Below, piece by piece: positions 1 to 13,482 of a stretch of DNA of 64,000 nucleotides; the first letter of the stretch is position 1; each line of letters starts with the position of its first letter. This DNA comes from Mytilus edulis (Eukaryota): assembly GCF_963676685.1 (NCBI RefSeq), contig NC_092351.1, positions 35,898,001 through 35,962,000 on the forward strand. Reading direction: 5' to 3'. Position numbers and translations under genes: made by a program. Below the pieces are notes generated by a model that saw only the letters and a program-made list of their open reading frames with translations, had not been told where the DNA came from and ran no database searches.

Positions 1-39
1 TTGAGCATTCATTTCCTCAGACATTTGTCAGACACATTA

Positions 40-252
40 GGGGGGTTCTGATCCCGGATCCCGCTTACTGTTTAGTCAGATTCCTGTATCCCGCTTACAC
101 TATGTAGGTAAGCAATTTTCATTTTTTTTGTAATTTCCTGTGTCCCGCTAGACTTCATTTCCCGTTTTCACGGCACAAAAATTTGATTATCACGTGTCAC
201 GCTAACAAAAAATCAGCAATCCCGCGTCACGCTTAGACCCCAATGAGACCCA
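40..252. mobile_element. MITE-like interspersed repeat with internal (A)TCCCG repeats
   Basis: CpG-rich island in CpG-poor flanks with repeated ATCCCG/TCACG motifs. Similar in style to 33824-33993 in the opposite orientation. Confidence 0.55.
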
Positions 253-2713
253 CCTTATGCTTATTAATTTATCTCTGAAAAGCAGTGTTCAAAGTGAAAA
301 TAAAATTTAGGTCTTTGATAAATATGTAAATCCATAGCCTGATTAATGTCTTATCTATATACCTTGCAAGGTTTTACTTTCTGTAGAACAGGAATTTGTG
401 GTAGACAGTTGGTCTTTGGTGAAAAGTTCTAATCAGCAAGAGTTGATAAACATTGACAAGGGTCATTTTAAATTTAAATAATGCATACTTCTAAATACAT
501 GTCATAGAAATTAATAACTACAGGTTACCTTTATATGGTCTTCAGCAATAAACAAAACTCAATTATACTGACTTCCAAATGCAAAAAGAAAGTGTGATGC
601 ATGTCAGAATTGAAAGGGTCTTTCAGTAAATATTTTGGAACTGGCAATAAAATTTGGATGCTGGTAAATTTTTTGTCAACATCAGCTGGACAAAATACAT
701 AAATATTGAGGCTAGCTCAGCATAGTACATACAATGTAAGAGAAACCCTGTTACAAGTTTTTATGTCCTCGTTGCAGCAGAGGGGCAGTAAATTTTACCT
801 TTGTCTGTCTACATACATACATTAAAAAATTAGTTTCTATCCAACTGCAGTTTGCCTCAAATAAATGTTATGAAACTTATTAATACTCAATTCTTATCCC
901 CATAAACCAAGTTAAAATTGGGTGATGTCACTTTTACCGTTCTAGAGTTATGTCCTTTTATAAGGTTATATGCAAGCGGGCCCATCATCTGTGACCAATG
1001 GACATATTCTCCATTTATTTTAAGTAAATCATCATTACTGCATGTGGGTCACTATTGCTTTTATTTTATTCTATATATCTTAAAATGTAAATTGGTTGTG
1101 TAAACTGAATAATCTATCCCACACTTGAAGTCCCTTCTCTTTTATAAGCTGACACACATCTAAAATACACATTGGTGACATTGGTAACAAGCTTTAAGTT
1201 TTTTTTAGTTTGAGATTTGTTTTGAGAGGGCATCAACCAGTATTGTGAGAGGAAAATTCTAAAATCTATAATAATTCTTTAGTGTTTTTTGTATAACACA
1301 TATGATGCACATTTGAAATATGGTACGTATATTTAAAATGCATACACTGGAAATATGTTGCTCTAATTAGGTGAATTGAAATAAAATTTTGTTAGTTGTA
1401 TGTGGGCTGCAGTTAATGTTTAGGCCTGCAGGGGTCAGCTTATTGAAGTTTTGTATCTTCAGTATAACAAGGTGTTGTAAAATTGGCGTTATACCTTAAA
1501 AATCTTTCTACAATGTAAAGTAAGAGTAGACTAACAATTTTTTGAAATAAATTTTACCTAAGTAATTGTGCAATTAAAATACAACCCCTGTGAGAGTCAT
1601 TTCAACCTTTCATATGATCATTTCAATAGGATCATTGACAGATGCTATGGATCTATTGATTTTCTGCCATCATCTGAGCATGCTCATTGAGGTTACTTCC
1701 TTGTCAATTTTGATTGGTCAATTTTGCTTCTGCAACCACCAATCAATGAAATTAATTTACAGTTTTTTTCTTGAACAGTTGTTAATTGACTAAGGGGAGA
1801 TAATAGGTACAGTTTTAAAGCATTTGTGTCCAGGATTTTGGAAATATATTCTAAAGCCATTTGGAATTTTTTCTGTAGCACAAACTTTATACAGTTATGG
1901 TAAGAATTTTAATTACTTTTTTTTTTAGCAAATATTTGTTTAGGAAAGTTTGAAGTAGTAGTAAAGTCCCAAACATATATCATGTAGTTTTTAAGTTCTG
2001 AAACATGTAATATGTTGTTAATAGGTATTAACACTTGAGATACTAGAAAAAGGTCAAATTTACTACAAGTACTTGACCTATAGTATTTTGTTTTAAATAT
2101 CCTCATATTGAACAACATATTATGTAATATAAACATTTTGCAGCATACAGTGCAAACTATTAATTTATTTGACATAAGGTTTCATTTGATTCAATCTGTT
2201 ACATAGTATTTTTAGCATATCAAAGACACAGTTTAAAAGGAGAAAAAAGAATAGTTTTAAACTTTCATGCTCAATAAAAGAATTAAATGTGTTTTGCAGG
2301 AGCATTTGGCAACATGAATAAAATCAACATAAAAAATCATTTTATTTTTTTAATAGTGAGTAATAGAGCAGTTTCTGTTAAAAAGCATCACTACAGCAAT
2401 TCATACATAAAGCACGTCATTTTAGTGTTACATGACTTAAATTCTTTCAAATCTGAAAAATTTATCATTCCCCCTTATATATTGTTTACTATCATTGACT
2501 ATTGATCATGATTGATAAAAAATATCTTTGAATGGAAAATGGAAGTGCAAATAAGTTATTTTCTAGTTCCAGATCAGTTCTCTCATTGCCTCAATGATTT
2601 TTTCAAGAATAAAGTTAAGTCATGTAAGCAATGTATGCAATATGAAGTCACTTGAACTGATGTAAAAAATAATCTCAATTCTATTAGATTGTCAAGATTT
2701 GATAATTGATTTG

Positions 2714-2862
2714 CAGGCGCGGATCCAGCCATTTTAAAAAAGGGGGGTTCCCAACCCAGAGTAAAGGGGGGGGTTCCAACTATATGCTCCCATTCAAATG
2801 CATTGATCGGCAAAAAAAAAGGGGTGGGTTCCAACCCCCCCCCCCCCCCGGATCCGCCACTG
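2714..2862. mobile_element. Short MITE (CAGGCGCGGATCC...GGATCCGCCACTG)
   Basis: Imperfect terminal inverted repeats and G/C runs. Related copies at about 60340-60441 and 63675-63757. Confidence 0.75.
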
Positions 2863-5800
2863 ATTTGTTTGTACTCCCAATAAAACTTCTTCAACATAAG
2901 AACTGAAACTGGCATTATATAAATAAATAAAAATATAAATATATTGAATTTATAAAGTAAACATGAACATGAACTACAGTAAAACTTAAAGAGATGTTTT
3001 TTATAGAAATGAATTTCTGAAGCAGACATATTTTTCTTTGCTTGATATATGTTTCAAGTTCTCAGAATTAGATGTTTTAAATAAGTTAGTGAATAAATCC
3101 TGACATTTTCGTCTTAAAAATAGCCTACCCTAAAGATTTTATTGTAATTTTTCATTAAGCACTGTTAAAGTCAGATGTTGGTTCTATAGACTCAATGTAA
3201 AAAAAAAATCCCTACCTACCTACCCTAACTATTTCCAGATGTAACTGAAACCACATATCCTATTTTATTTGGCCTTATTATAGTGTATATAACTGTAAAC
3301 ATGCTAATTAAACAAAGTGCAATTCAATTTCCTGATTTTCGTGAGAAAAAAAATTAATGCTAAAATGAATTGTTGCAAATATTCAAAATTGGATCTTTTT
3401 TATTTAACAAGTAAATTTGAAAATCTGGAAATTAAATCGCCTCAAATGGGCTTGAAAGGGCTAGATGTGAAATAAAGTGTCCCGGAAAATAAGTTAGTTT
3501 TCAGTATTCTTTTTTCTACTTTTTTTGTCTTGATTGTAAGGAGAGTAACACAGTGAAGATGTAACAATCCTAGATATCATATTGTCGGCAATTTAAACAT
3601 GTTCTGTCTGAAATTAAAGTTTTTTAAGACTTCATTAATTTTGTCAAACATTATTGAAATTTTAGGAATTATGGATAGAAGCTGCTTCACAATCATGAGA
3701 TAGCATCTGGGGATATTTTGAAAAGAATTTTTTTATTAGTAATTTTGTTGTATCTTACAGATAAATGGATAAATCGTTGGATAAGTTACTTATTAGTTAT
3801 GTTTACCAGTAAATCACATTTTAGAGTTCTGGTTTTTTATACATCAATAACGTCAAATCTTAATAGATGGTAAAAGAACTTCAAAAGCTTCTTCTTGATC
3901 AAGATATAGCATCTTGAAAAAAATTTGAATTTGAATTTTCCATTTTCCATTTATAAATTATTCTTTTTTAATTTAATATTTATAAACAGTCTAGGACTTA
4001 AATTTTAAAAACTTCAATAACTTTTCAAAACGGTCATGGAATTTACATTAAGATCTCTTTTACAGACCTTTGGTGGATCATAACACAGCTATTTATTGTG
4101 TATCTAAATATTTTTGGCTGTCAAGTATTAAGAATTTGTATAACTTTGTCAAACCTTCATAGAATTTTATCAAACTTAGAAGCTTCTTTGTATACAAGAG
4201 ATATATATATAGTTCTCAAAGCAAATCATCTGTTTTTGTTTTTATCTTTTTATTTTTACTTTGGCATTTTTCATTTTTTTTCATTTCCACTGACAGTAGC
4301 AGCTTTGTACATGATATTACCATATTCCACTTTATCATTTATATTGTTAAAAGTATGGAATTAAAAGTACTCATGATTTAAAGAAAATTAAATACTAGAA
4401 ACTGTGTAATTTATTAATTACTTAAGATTCTATGTACATGTACTAAGGAAGATAACTCCAATTCTAAAATTAATTTTTACAATCAATAACATAATGTCAT
4501 TTCTAAGTAGGTGGGAAAAGTAGTTCTCCTGTGAACAGGGTATAAGATTAACAAGTCAAAAGTTTTTTCTTCTCTAACCATATCATAATTTATCTATATA
4601 ACCTTATAATTTGAATTATATATGCAAATACATTGATTGTTAGCAATCAATCATTTCATCTTTTATTATCAGTCTACACGAAATCATTTCCTACTACTTG
4701 TCTGAACTTTAAAAAACAATATTCCAACACTTTCCTCATGTGTCTAAACATGCAAGGACTTACTAGTCTAAAATTAATTTTACTAGTCTGGGTAAATTTG
4801 ACTTGACTGTCAGTGAAGATTGAAGTAGTATTTATCTCCATGTTTTTGTTTGTACATTTAAAGGAATCATTATGTGCTGTATCAAATCAATAATAAAATA
4901 TAATTTTAAGCTTTGTGCTGCGATGGTTAAATGCTGTAATGTATTATGTCCACATATTATATTGCAACATCAATTATAAATACATACAGAATTAGACATG
5001 AAGCAACAATTTTATTGCATTGACAATAAATTGATAGATTGGTCTTTACACTCAATACAATTCATTCAATTATTAATGCTATGATTGGTTCTTTTTTTAG
5101 GACAATGTCTTTTTCTGTGAATACAAAGAGAAGATAAAAAAAACTCTATATAATGATCTTTTTTCATGGATCATGATTAATGAAGATAGCAGATTTTTCT
5201 CTATTTTATGTGCATACCTGGATAAAGGCCTGCAACTAAGAAAATCAGAAAATTAGTTAAATACTCTAAAATATATCAAAATTATCTCCCCTTGACCACT
5301 GATCCTTTCTTCATGCATTTGAATTTGAATTATTATTTTATGTTTCTTTAATCACTCTGTAATGTTTATGTCATGTTGTAATTAATGTTATGCTCTTAAT
5401 GGGCTCTTTAATTTGGAAAATAAAAAAAATATTGTATATTGTATTGTATATATACATGTACAACTGGAAATTTCCTGACATTTTCAAACAACTACAGAAC
5501 TTAATTGTTTTGAATACTTAAATAAGTTTTTTTGCTCATTGTGATGAATAGATATAAGACATAGATTTCTAAATGTTTTAGAAGAAATTATGTAAAAACA
5601 ATTATAATATTTTTCAAACATACATGTTCCTGCAAAACCTTTTTGAAGTTGTATGACTTGGTCAATGTAAAGACTTTTACTTATTGTACAACAATTTTAT
5701 TATAAGAAAGTTTTTCACCAAACACTTTTTAGTGACCACAATCTTAAAATTGAACACTGGATGTGGGATTTTGATGCTGTGTGGAAGACCCATTGATGGT

Positions 5801-7895
5801 GGTTGTCTCTTTGACATATTCCCCATTTCCATTTTCAATTTTAATGTTCCTGAAAACAAGGTACATTTCCTCTTAGAGCGTAGTAAGAACAATAAATTAA
5901 GATTGGATCTATTTAAAAAATTAAAATGGGAAGTAAATTTATGTTACTTCAGAAAATGCTATACCCTATATTAAAAAGCATGTGAAACTAAAGGGCTATT
6001 TTTTAAACCGTCATTAGAACTGAGGACAGAAGCAGGTTAATTTTTCATGTTTTGTATACCCGTATATATTTCTTGACTGCATTTATAATTAAAATAACCT
6101 GTTGACTTCAGCTTTTAGATTCAAATGATTTCAAGAAAATTAGTACAATGTACAATCTGACTAAGATTCTATTAAAAAATGTTTTTGTCTACAATAAAAG
6201 ACTGGTTTACTTAGTCAAGTTCTGAGGTTTAATTGATTGAGCATCAGATTTAAAACAATCTTGTAAATGTGCAAACTTACTTTTTCAAGATAAACAGATT
6301 TATTCTCTCTGTAAGAACTTTTATAGGTTTTATGCATAGTTACAATGTATGTGACAAGGGAGACAATCCTAATCATTTTCAGTTTAATTACTTGTTTTTG
6401 AACAGGATTACTCCCCTTACATCATGATAATATTATAGCCTTGCTTTTACCGTTACATCAGACTGACCAGGTGTTAATGATGTTTTCAAAAAACACATTT
6501 ACTAAAATCAAGGACGATTTTAATTTGTTTTTTTTTACTGTTAATTTGCCTTGGGAGAAAAAAATAAATGTCATGTGTATATAAGCTGGTAGAAAATGAC
6601 ACGTTTAAAATAGGTGTTAAACGTCCTTGTAAAATAGTGTTTTATTACACTTGTACTTAAAAAGTATGAAATGGAATCTTGGAAAATTTAGACTGTAGTT
6701 TAAAATCACATTTTTCATATATATAATTTATTTAGCTTAATTAAGATTTATCCACTGTTAAAGGGTATTCCATCAATTATTATTTTGCCCAAGATCTCTT
6801 TTTGTATCATATGAAAAATTATACTGGAGTTGCTTCCCTTTGCCTAGGAAACTGAATTTAATTTTTTCCCCATAACTTGTATGAAGGTGGCCTTGACCAA
6901 TTTTTTGGTGCTGAAGGGTCCTCAAATATTGAAAAAATATGTTTTCTAATTCCATTTGATGAAGACAGTTTAATAAAAGTTTCTCTGGTGCAATAATATT
7001 AAATGTCAACCAGTCACATGACAGTATTGTTTTATTATTGCTTGACTTCATTATCCTCATCATTGAAACATTATTATGGTATTTGAAATAAGAATTTAAT
7101 TGGAGATAGAACGGAACTAAATATTGATTATTTGTATCTCCCATCTGTTGTGTAAGGAGTTTATTGCAGATCTATTTTAAGAATCGCTCCGTATGATATT
7201 AGATAATAATTTCCCTCAGATGTTGTAAAGATTGAGAGTTTTGTAATAATTTAAAACAAAAACTTGAAAATCCTATTGGGGTTATACATCATTTTATAAA
7301 ATTCTTGTTTGTCAAGGTTTTATCAAGTCTTAAATTGGAAGGGAAACCATGTTTTTTTGAATGATGAATCCACTGTTTTGCAAATGATTATTTTGGTTTT
7401 TTTTTACCTTTCAAAATCTAATTTTGTTAGAGATGAATTAAGCATACTTGTGATGAAGAATCCCTAAACATTTATTGTGAAATGTTTAAACAAAATGTTA
7501 AAACAATTTTTTTCTAACAAGTTTTTTAATTGTTTAATTCTAAGCAAAATCTGTATTCTGTAGTGTGATTCGGCTGGTCCATTGCTATGAATTTTGGAGA
7601 AAAAGATTTTTTGTGTTGTTTTTATTTTTTTTAGAATTCTCCTTTATGTCCATGGCTTACACCTTCCCCATTTTCATTGAAAAAAGAAAATTGATCCATA
7701 ACATGTAAAATATTAATAAAAAAATCTTTTAAATTATGCAAAGAAACACCAATTTAGTGCTGGCTATTTGAAAATGAATCTTTGTTTTTTTTCAGCATTT
7801 CTCATTTTACCTTATTCTATGAGTGCTAAGTAAGGTATTCTATTAGGTATTAGTTGTGAACATTGTTTGACATAAATATTTAAAGATTATTATGT

Positions 7896-8569
7896 CAGTC
7901 AGGGGTACTACTTGTACAAGTTATTTTTATTTACATAAAGAAGTAAAAAAAAATATAAACATTTAAGTAAATAAATAATGTTTGAATAATCTCCCCTTAA
8001 TTTTCTCAAACATTTACTTGTATAAGTAAATTTTTCTTACAATCCCACAAAAGTCCTCAAGTTTTGAGATGTAAATTCATGCCTTTAATGATTTTTCCCA
8101 GGTTTGCTCAATTTTTTTTTATTATAGTTCAATGTTTCATCTCATTAATTCAACAAAGAAACTGATTGAGCAAAAATCTTAGGTATTTGTGCAAGGCCTT
8201 CAAAAATTGCTCCTTGGGGTCTTGTAAATGAGCAGTGTTCTGAAGATAACAGACAAATGGGATTTTCATTGCCAATGAAATTACACTTAAATGATTAATA
8301 AAGACATCTGCAAAGGGCAGATAATTTAAAATTCTATAAGAGCAAAGAAATCATAAGAATTCAATAAAAAAAGATAGGATGACTTTTTTACTTCTACAAG
8401 TAAAATAATCTGGATGTCTATGGTACATACCTCAGCCAATATTTTTTTTTTACCTATACAAGTAAATAAAATTCACTTGTATAAGTATCCTACAAATTTA
8501 CTTATATATTAATATTACTTCTTCAAGTATTTAAAAATAACTTGTACAAGTAGTATGTACCCCTGACTG
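7896..8569. mobile_element. 674-bp non-autonomous DNA transposon with ~35-bp TIRs and 5-bp TSD TATGT
   Basis: Left end CAGTCAGGGGTAC-TACTTGTACAAGTTATTTTT matches the reverse complement of right end AAAAATAACTTGTACAAGTAGTATGTACCCCTGACTG. TATGT flanks both sides, and there are subterminal ACTTGTATAAGT repeats. Confidence 0.8.
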
Positions 8570-10653
8570 TATGTCATAGCTAATTATATAACTACTGGAC
8601 AGCTAATTCAGATGAGTTATGCTTTACTACAATGGTGTGCATGAAATCTGTTACATTTTAATGTGTTTTAACAAACATTATATCATATCCAGTTTTAAGA
8701 AAAATCTACTCATGACTTTTAAAGTCTTAGGATCAATAACTATTATCATTTTTCTTTGATATATTAAACCATTGCAAATTGTCATGGTTACCAGACTTAA
8801 TCAATGAAAATTATTATTTAAAAGGCTTCTAATATCAGAAGAATATTTAAGGCTTATCCTGTTTTAACTCGTGTCACGACATTTGTTTCTGTTGACTGAA
8901 AACTCACAAAACATTGTTAATCTGTAGGTGCATTGTGTTATTCACTGTTTAACCAAGTTAATTTTTATTCAGTCATGTTCAGTCTTTTAAATTTCAGTTA
9001 CAGTATTTTGGTTTTAGTTGCTCCACTCCTTCTCTGTGGTATGAAGAAATAACATCTACAGTAAAGTTCCTGATATAAATATATATAAGCTTCTTCTCTA
9101 ATAAATGACTTCTGCTTTTCAATGAGAAAAAGGGGGTATATCTTAGAAAAGTGTGTTCATTTTAGTTTTTCTTGTCATACAATTTTGATTTACTTAGTGC
9201 AGCTTTGAAACTGAAAAAGTCTCCATAAATTTCTTCATTCCATTGATTATGCATATCAGATAATGCTAGCAAAGAATGGTGTTCTGAATAACCTTTGAAA
9301 ATCAGTTAATGTATTTCAAAGTTAAGTCAGTTTGAAAGATTCTCAAACAAACAAGAATTTATACATGAAAACGACAAAAAAGATATCACGTACATAAATG
9401 AATATTAAACTTAAATCGATCTTGGTTTTACTGATATTGTTTTACATAAAGATATTCTACTTGCTTATTGTTGTTACTTTCTGTGTCATTTTGGTCTCTT
9501 GTGGAGAGTTGTCTTATTGGTGATCATACCACATCTTCTTTTTTATATTATATAATTTAAGGTCCCTATACTCAAGTCACTAAAGTAAAGCATGAATAGT
9601 GTTAGGGACTTCAGGTTCAGTTTACAATTATGGTTAGGTTGGAGTTATAGCTAAGTTTATTATTTATAGAGCTTGTTAAGTATAGATTTGTATATATAAT
9701 AGGTTTGGAGGCTGGTTTTCTGACAGTAGGTTTGCACTTGAAGGTTGACTTATGCAAATTTGTTATATATGAATGAACAAATATTTTAATATTCTAGTGA
9801 TATATAAAAAAAAAATCATTGATAATGAATCAGGAACAGCTGAACACTTATCCCTCGCTCAAACATGTTATAACACAAGACTATTTTGCTTAAATAGACA
9901 ATTTCATATTGAGCATTTAACCTTAATAGCCTCTGAGGCTATTCATTTTTGTATTTACCTACTAAATGTAAAGCTTTTATATAGTATACAGTAGATGTTT
10001 ATCATGTTATTTTAGTCCTTTAAACCATTGTAGATTTATTTTGTTCGAAATGACCCAAATATTGGTCGGTGTGTCGATGGTTCAACAACCCGAGGTAGTA
10101 AAACAGATATTTTTAGCTACAAGTGGCCTTAAGGGGTATCAACTGGTTTCTAAGTGCGATAGGCATGTTTGTTGTAAGTAGCCTAAAATAATTGGGTGTC
10201 ATCTTATTAAAGGAAATGACAAGAGGAAGACATTCTTTTCAAGTACCAGTTTGTTAAAATAGAGGTTCATAGGGGGGAATTGGGAGATTTAAGTACTGAT
10301 TGAAAGAGGGATTCAAGTACTTCATAAGTAAAAATTAGGATAATTAGGGAAAATTTGAATGCTTGTGAGATCTCTAAGTAGAAGAGAGTGACTTTGTTAA
10401 AAAAATGTTTAATGTACTAACTACTTGTTAGAAAAGAAGACATTTGGCTTTTAAACCTATTGAAGTATATATTTAAACAATGTGCACAGACAATTGCCTA
10501 TTATATTCCCTATATACAAAGATATTTTTACAATGTTGAACTCAGAATCACCTCAATTAAAAGTCACATATAAATGCAACTGTTCAAGTTGTTGACCAGA
10601 ATCCCTACTTTCATATCAATAGAAAAATATACTTTGGCAGCATTTTCTGGATA

Positions 10654-11185
10654 GTTGTTTGTCTGTTGTTGTGTTTTGCCTTTGTGCATGTTGTGTTGTC
10701 TGTTGTTGTGTTTTGCCATTGTGCATGTTGTGTTGTCTGTTGTTGTGTTTTGCCATTGTGCATGTTGTGTTGTCTGTTGTTGTGTTTTGCCATTGTGCAT
10801 GTTGTTTTGTCTGTTGTTGTGTTTTGCCATTGTGCATGTTGTTTGTCTGTTGTTGTGTTTTGCCATTGTACATGTTGTGTTGTCTGTTGTTGTGTTTTGT
10901 CATTGTACATGTGTTGTCTGTTGTTGTGTTTTGCCATTGTGCATGTTGTTTGTCTGTTGTTGTGTTTTGCCATTGTACATGTTGTTTGTCTGTTGTTGTG
11001 TTTTGCCATTGTACATGTTGTGTTGTCTGTTGTTGTGTTTTGCCATTGTGCATGTTGTGTTGTCCGTTGTTGTATTTTGCCATTGTGCATGTTGTGTTGT
11101 CCGTTGTTGTGTTTTGCCATTGTGCATGTTGTGTTGTCCGTTGTTGTGTTTTGTCATTGTGCATGTTGTGTTGTCTGTTGCTTTT
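10654..11185. repeat. Minisatellite, ~37-bp unit (GTTGTGTTGTCTGTTGTTGTGTTTTGCCATTGTGCAT), ~14 copies
   Basis: Period of 37 is directly visible (GTGCAT at 10684 and 10721), with 33-36-bp variants. Confidence 0.95.
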
Positions 11186-12015
11186 TAGCCATTGTGTTTT
11201 TCGAATTTGTTGTATTACTTTATTCATTGCATTGTTGGTTGTTTTTTTTAGTAATTTTGTTGTCTGTTGTTTTTATAGCCATTGTGTATTGTTGTTTTTT
11301 AGCCATTGTGTATCGTTGTTTTTTAGCTATTGTGTTGTCTGAGGTTTGTTTTTCTTTTGACTAAAGTTTTTCTATTGTTACCTTGATACCCTTCTCCCCT
11401 TCTGTGTATGTGCCTTAGGTTTTGCGTTTGCTTGTGTATTACAAAAATGAGAATATAGATCATGCCCAGGTCAAGTTTAGTGTTTCTAGGAAGATGAATT
11501 ATTTTATTTACATATATAAGGTGGTGCAATAAAGTCATTAGTTACTAAACTTGTATGTCAAATATATTTATGGCATACATGTATCTGGAAGATATACATG
11601 TACGTAGTAAAAGTCAATGTTTTCAGAAATTGTTTACAGACATGTTCAATAATTGCTATTTCAAATTATTATTTTGTAGAATAAAGCTATTGTGAAGAAT
11701 ACAGCTAAAACTATCTACCATTTTTTTTTCTGCAAATACTAACTTTTTGTATTAGCCTTTTTTTTTAATTTGTTTATGACAGATATCAGTGCAGAAATGT
11801 GACAAATATAGAAATAGGTTATCTAACTCGGATTATAGTTAAACATCAGTATTTATTGAACTTAGGTTTGTAATAATCAAGAAAACATCTTTAATCCTGC
11901 CAGACAAATGGTCATTGAAAAAGTTACACAAACAACAGGTTGTCTCAGTTTGCTATATTGAACAGACATGACATTAAACTGATGAAATCAGTGATGAGTG
12001 TTGGTATTGGACTCA

Positions 12016-12318
12016 GTATTTGACTCGATATTTCAATGGGGGAAAAAGCAACTTAATGCACTAAATGTATAGTACTTCTGTACATATATGGTAACTTGTT
12101 TACCTATTATTATAAAATGGTTTTCCCTGCCAGATCAGATAGATGCCATTATTTTTTTTTATAAGTATTTGACTGGGGAAAAAAGCAACTTAATGTACTA
12201 AAAGTATAGTACTTCTGTACACATACCATGTATGTATGTGAAAGTGGTCACTGGTTTTACCTACTATTATTATATGGTTTTCCCTACCAGATTGGTTAGA
12301 TGCCATTATTTTTTATAA
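12016..12318. repeat. Diverged tandem duplication, ~150-bp unit x2
   Basis: GGGGAAAAAGCAACTTAATG...GTATAGTACTTCTGTACA...GGTTTTCCCT..CAGAT...AGATGCCATTATTTTTT occurs twice. Confidence 0.85.
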
Positions 12319-12866
12319 TTCAAAGTATATGAAGCAGTTCTTTTTAATTGATTTTATATGGAAATATGGTTGTGAAAAGAATAATTTTCTATTAACATTA
12401 ATTTTTAATAGATAAATAATACTTTATATATACATTTCACGCCTACATACACATATATTTGGCAGGTACATCAGTTCTAACACATATATATTAGACACGG
12501 TTCAATGATCAGAGTAGTCATCTGTCCTATGAAGAACATGCTAGTAGACCTCTAAACCTGAGTTTTTCAACTATTTCTCTAAAAAATTAATCAGTGCACA
12601 ATAGTACATATAAGTTAATTGTCATTATTGATATGTTCGTTATCTTTAAGTAGCTAGTGAAAGTAAATACAATAATGAATTGCAGCATGGATTTTGTTCT
12701 CGCTTGATGTTCTAACAGTGGCAAATATTTCATGCATTTTTGCAGACAATATACTACATGTTTACTAACTTTAGACTTATTTATTTAAATGGTTATTGAA
12801 TAGTTCTGGGTCTCAAAACTGAAATATGCATATAGCATATACTGCAATATTTAAAGTATAGTGATT

Positions 12867-13281
12867 GGTAAATAGCATTGTTTATGCCTGTATAAAAGTG
12901 GTAAATAGCATTCTTTATGCCTGTATAAAAGTGGTAAATAGCATTCTTTATGCCTGTATAAAAGTGGTAAATAGCATTCTTTATGCCTGTATAAAAGTAT
13001 CTTTTTAAGACATAGGGCACTAGCATAAGTAGAAGTCATAGTTCACAACCCAAAGTGTACATTATGTCTTTCCCTGTGCAGGGGTTCTAAAAATTGTTGA
13101 GTTGAGATCAGGGACCTGTATAAAAGTGGTAAATAGCATTCTTTATGCCTGTATAAAAGTATCTTTTTAAGACATAGGGCACTAGCATAAGTAGAAGTCA
13201 TAGTTCACAACCCAAAGTGTACATTATGTCTTTCCCTGTGCAGGGGTTCTAAAAATTGTTGAGTTGAGATCAGGGACCTGT
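12867..13281. repeat. 33-bp minisatellite x4 followed by an exact 162-bp tandem duplication
   Basis: Unit GGTAAATAGCATTCTTTATGCCTGTATAAAAGT. CTTTTTAAGA recurs at 13001 and 13163 with identical context. Confidence 0.92.
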
Positions 13282-13482
13282 CTTTTCTAATCAGGGGACT
13301 CTTAACTTGACTTTTTATGTTTGGATTACAAAAGTCAAGGACCCACTATTCTTTACATAGATGCTTTAAACAGGACCATGGAATTTCTTATGGAGGACCT
13401 TTCACTGAAAATATCAAATGGATTATGCCATTATGATCCACTCTTGGTCCTTTCATTATTTAATGAAAATTTGAACCCCTGC
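13240..13482. mobile_element. Possible hAT-like MITE (GCAGGGGTTC...GAACCCCTGC)
   Basis: 10-bp perfect inverted repeats about 240 bp apart. No convincing TSD. Confidence 0.45.

Noticed and set aside
2583-3029. 148-aa ORF with a Gly-rich stretch
   Set aside because: Reads through the G/C runs of a MITE, and the flanks translate as low-complexity AT-rich sequence.
10050-10181. Short ATG-initiated ORF with a few CpGs as an upstream E74 exon
   Set aside because: No similarity to ELF/E74 N-termini that I can recognise and no clearly supported splice to downstream exons.
10564-11364. Seven overlapping long Cys/Val- or Gln/Thr/His-rich ORFs
   Set aside because: Artefact of a 37-bp repeat nearly free of stop codons. 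The unit is not a multiple of 3 and all frames cycle through the same peptides.
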